From a virus, in IMG/VR virus record IMGVR_UViG_3300025874_000003: a stretch of DNA of 33,520 bases; one strand, written 5' to 3'. Position 1 is the stretch's first letter, and each line of letters opens with the position of its first letter. The notes under the pieces are model-generated. The model had not been told where the DNA came from, did no database searches, and saw only the letters and a program-made list of their open reading frames with translations. The position numbers were made by a program, and so were the translations under genes. Positions 33,101 to 33,520 of the stretch are shown piece by piece.

Positions 33101-33340
33101 TACACTTTTCGTAATATATCTGCAAATGCTAATTCTAAAATAACTATAGACTTAGACGGCTTTACCTCTGCCTCTTCACAAGGCAATACGCAGTATTATT
33201 CAATCAACAAATATGACGGCTCCACACCGTCATTAATAACTAGCGCGGCAGCTAATTTAGTTATAAGCGTAGGAGGGGTTATAGAGATGTCCCCTATTTC
33301 TTCTGCTGTTTGGCATGTAACTGGAACTGGTTTTGCATAA
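30194..33340 (+). CDS. Tail fibre with a conserved N-terminal anchor and six roughly 100-aa repeat modules
   Basis: The N-terminus IKLRRGTKAQ...GEVTVDTTDDTLRVHDGSLKGG is the widespread fibre anchor (Mtd_N-like) motif. The G(I/L)xVTGTV motif recurs six times. Confidence 0.8.
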   Translation: MATEIKLRRGTKAQHDDGSGFTGAEGEVTVDTTDDTLRVHDGSLKGGHVIAKLSDVEASDTLAELLAKGNSTGSNDIQVDGTDKVTFGAESGGKLEIYEDDSQNGVIKQTGTGALKISGIYGTLNNDSDEELISWDTDNAGLSWRGASGAGLKLFTKETGIGVTGTVNASDGLTADYIDLTGGESTTTTGTIACKQIVLNDPTSTNDGDDGTDLARIYTESTITNRSSLVIHSADDGNDQIVLRTDNDVDVLVADSHGINVTGTVDCDGLKMDDGEYAQFGTANDLQIFHSGNHSYIKDRGTGILSIQSDGDSITFHDSANARDMAKFSVGGTASLNWAGGTGTGTKLATTATGINVTGTVTASDGLTADYIDLTGGESTTTTGTVACTTIKLADPSTPENDQHLIYTEADSVDSPLTNLVIHAGDDTHEKVILRVGNNNGGHIDALKATGSGVDIASSLDVTGTVTADGVNLADDKKLTMGTSDDFRIYKNASGNAIIHESGSGNLEIRGESGTLRNNANETCLGWNADKAYLYWQGDTGTKGERLKTTDSGIDVTGTVTCDEALTISSTGAAADAKPDIWLFNNAPAAVNERLGQITWYGKNDVSPEQETVNYAFQEVKTTNVGDSTEQAEMQFHIRNGASHVEVLTLDSSGIDVTGTVEADAFSGTGTTAITDFVTAVSTNNNDTTVPTTAAVKSYVDNNDGDTTYTGGTGLTLNGTTFNVDAAQTGITSVGTLSGLTTGATTVNGSLSVNSTSADTTYSPEIVLERNGGAAAGDDGDKLGVITFKGDDTSGTQAVYAQIGARIVDDGADNTNTKGEIRIACGYNATANLEDPSLRIDHLGTWINESQADGSADSSFYNVSGFRSGIKYWANQSSGYAIEVKSATPTADRDIKFPDVSGLVVVSGVAGGSMNGGGGLGTAQTAWSPEQFMANANTDYYHYTDASTDVDLLVAVPFSGIDLAEYGTKYTFRNISANANSKITIDLDGFTSASSQGNTQYYSINKYDGSTPSLITSAAANLVISVGGVIEMSPISSAVWHVTGTGFA

Positions 33341-33520
33341 TGGAATTATCAATGGAACAGAAGATTGACAAGGCTCTAGCTCGCATAGAGGGCCACGAAA
33401 ACGTATGCGCTGTACGTTATGAGAATATAGAAAAGATACTAGAAGAGCGCGGCACAAGGCTCGACAGATTGGATGGTAAAATTGATGGACTATATAAAAC
33501 AGTCATTGCTTGTTCGCTTA
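33340..33520 (+). CDS. 5' part of the junction-spanning gene (continues as 128-168 after circularisation)
   Basis: TAATG overlap with the fibre stop. MELSMEQKIDKALARIEGHENVCAVRYENIEKILEERG... is a coiled coil, and the frame is conserved across the 33,393-bp period. Confidence 0.6.
   Translation, partial: MELSMEQKIDKALARIEGHENVCAVRYENIEKILEERGTRLDRLDGKIDGLYKTVIACSL
33394..33520. repeat. Terminal overlap, copy 2 (identical to 1-127)
   Basis: Exact 127-bp duplicate of the window start. Confidence 0.95.

Noticed and set aside
30194-33340. Diversity-generating retroelement targeting the fibre (Mtd-like N-terminus)
   Set aside because: No reverse transcriptase ORF exists anywhere in the genome. 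I found no template/variable repeat pair with adenine-specific differences, and the differences between fibre repeats are mostly synonymous third-position changes.
1-33520. tRNA genes, integrase/attP, and partition (ParAB) genes
   Set aside because: I recognised no cloverleaf-type sequence with a GTTCGAATC-like T-arm. No tyrosine or serine recombinase-sized ORF and no Walker-type ParA ORF is present in the six-frame track.

Overview
The window is a complete tailed dsDNA phage genome of siphovirus type. Bases 1-127 are identical to 33394-33520, so the unique length is 33,393 bp, and one small gene runs across the junction. A ~540 bp control region (11527-12070) separates two divergent arms.

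Leftward early arm (11526 down to 4530):
- Cro-like HTH and a NinG/Rap-like nuclease
- two paralogous RHH-like proteins
- a replication initiator with iterons inside its own gene
- zinc-ribbon proteins, an Erf annealase, small HTH proteins and a mini SSB-like protein with a DFDDDIPF tail
- NinB

Rightward arm:
- a self-contained operon of about eight tiny ORFans (12071-13912) with its own sigma70-like promoter and terminator
- terS, terL, portal, scaffold and coat
- connector proteins and the tail tube
- the G/GT chaperone pair with a -1 frameshift, then the tape measure
- tail-tip proteins and a 1048-aa modular fibre
- across the junction, a chain of overlapping membrane/secreted protein genes
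- an HTH-metallophosphoesterase fusion and a DUF3310-like protein
- holin and an M15 endolysin

I found no integrase, CI-type repressor, tRNA, CRISPR array or polymerase.

Most notable observations:
1. A consensus LexA SOS-box cluster in the control region of a phage that has no repressor of its own.
2. A 21-bp motif (ATTTTGGGAGGTATTTCATTG) present six times at three loci, always on the + strand and in 23-bp phase where tandem.
3. Three consecutive genes whose hydrophobic leader or anchor segments are dual-coded in long out-of-frame overlaps.

All family assignments come from reading the translations by eye. No searches were run.
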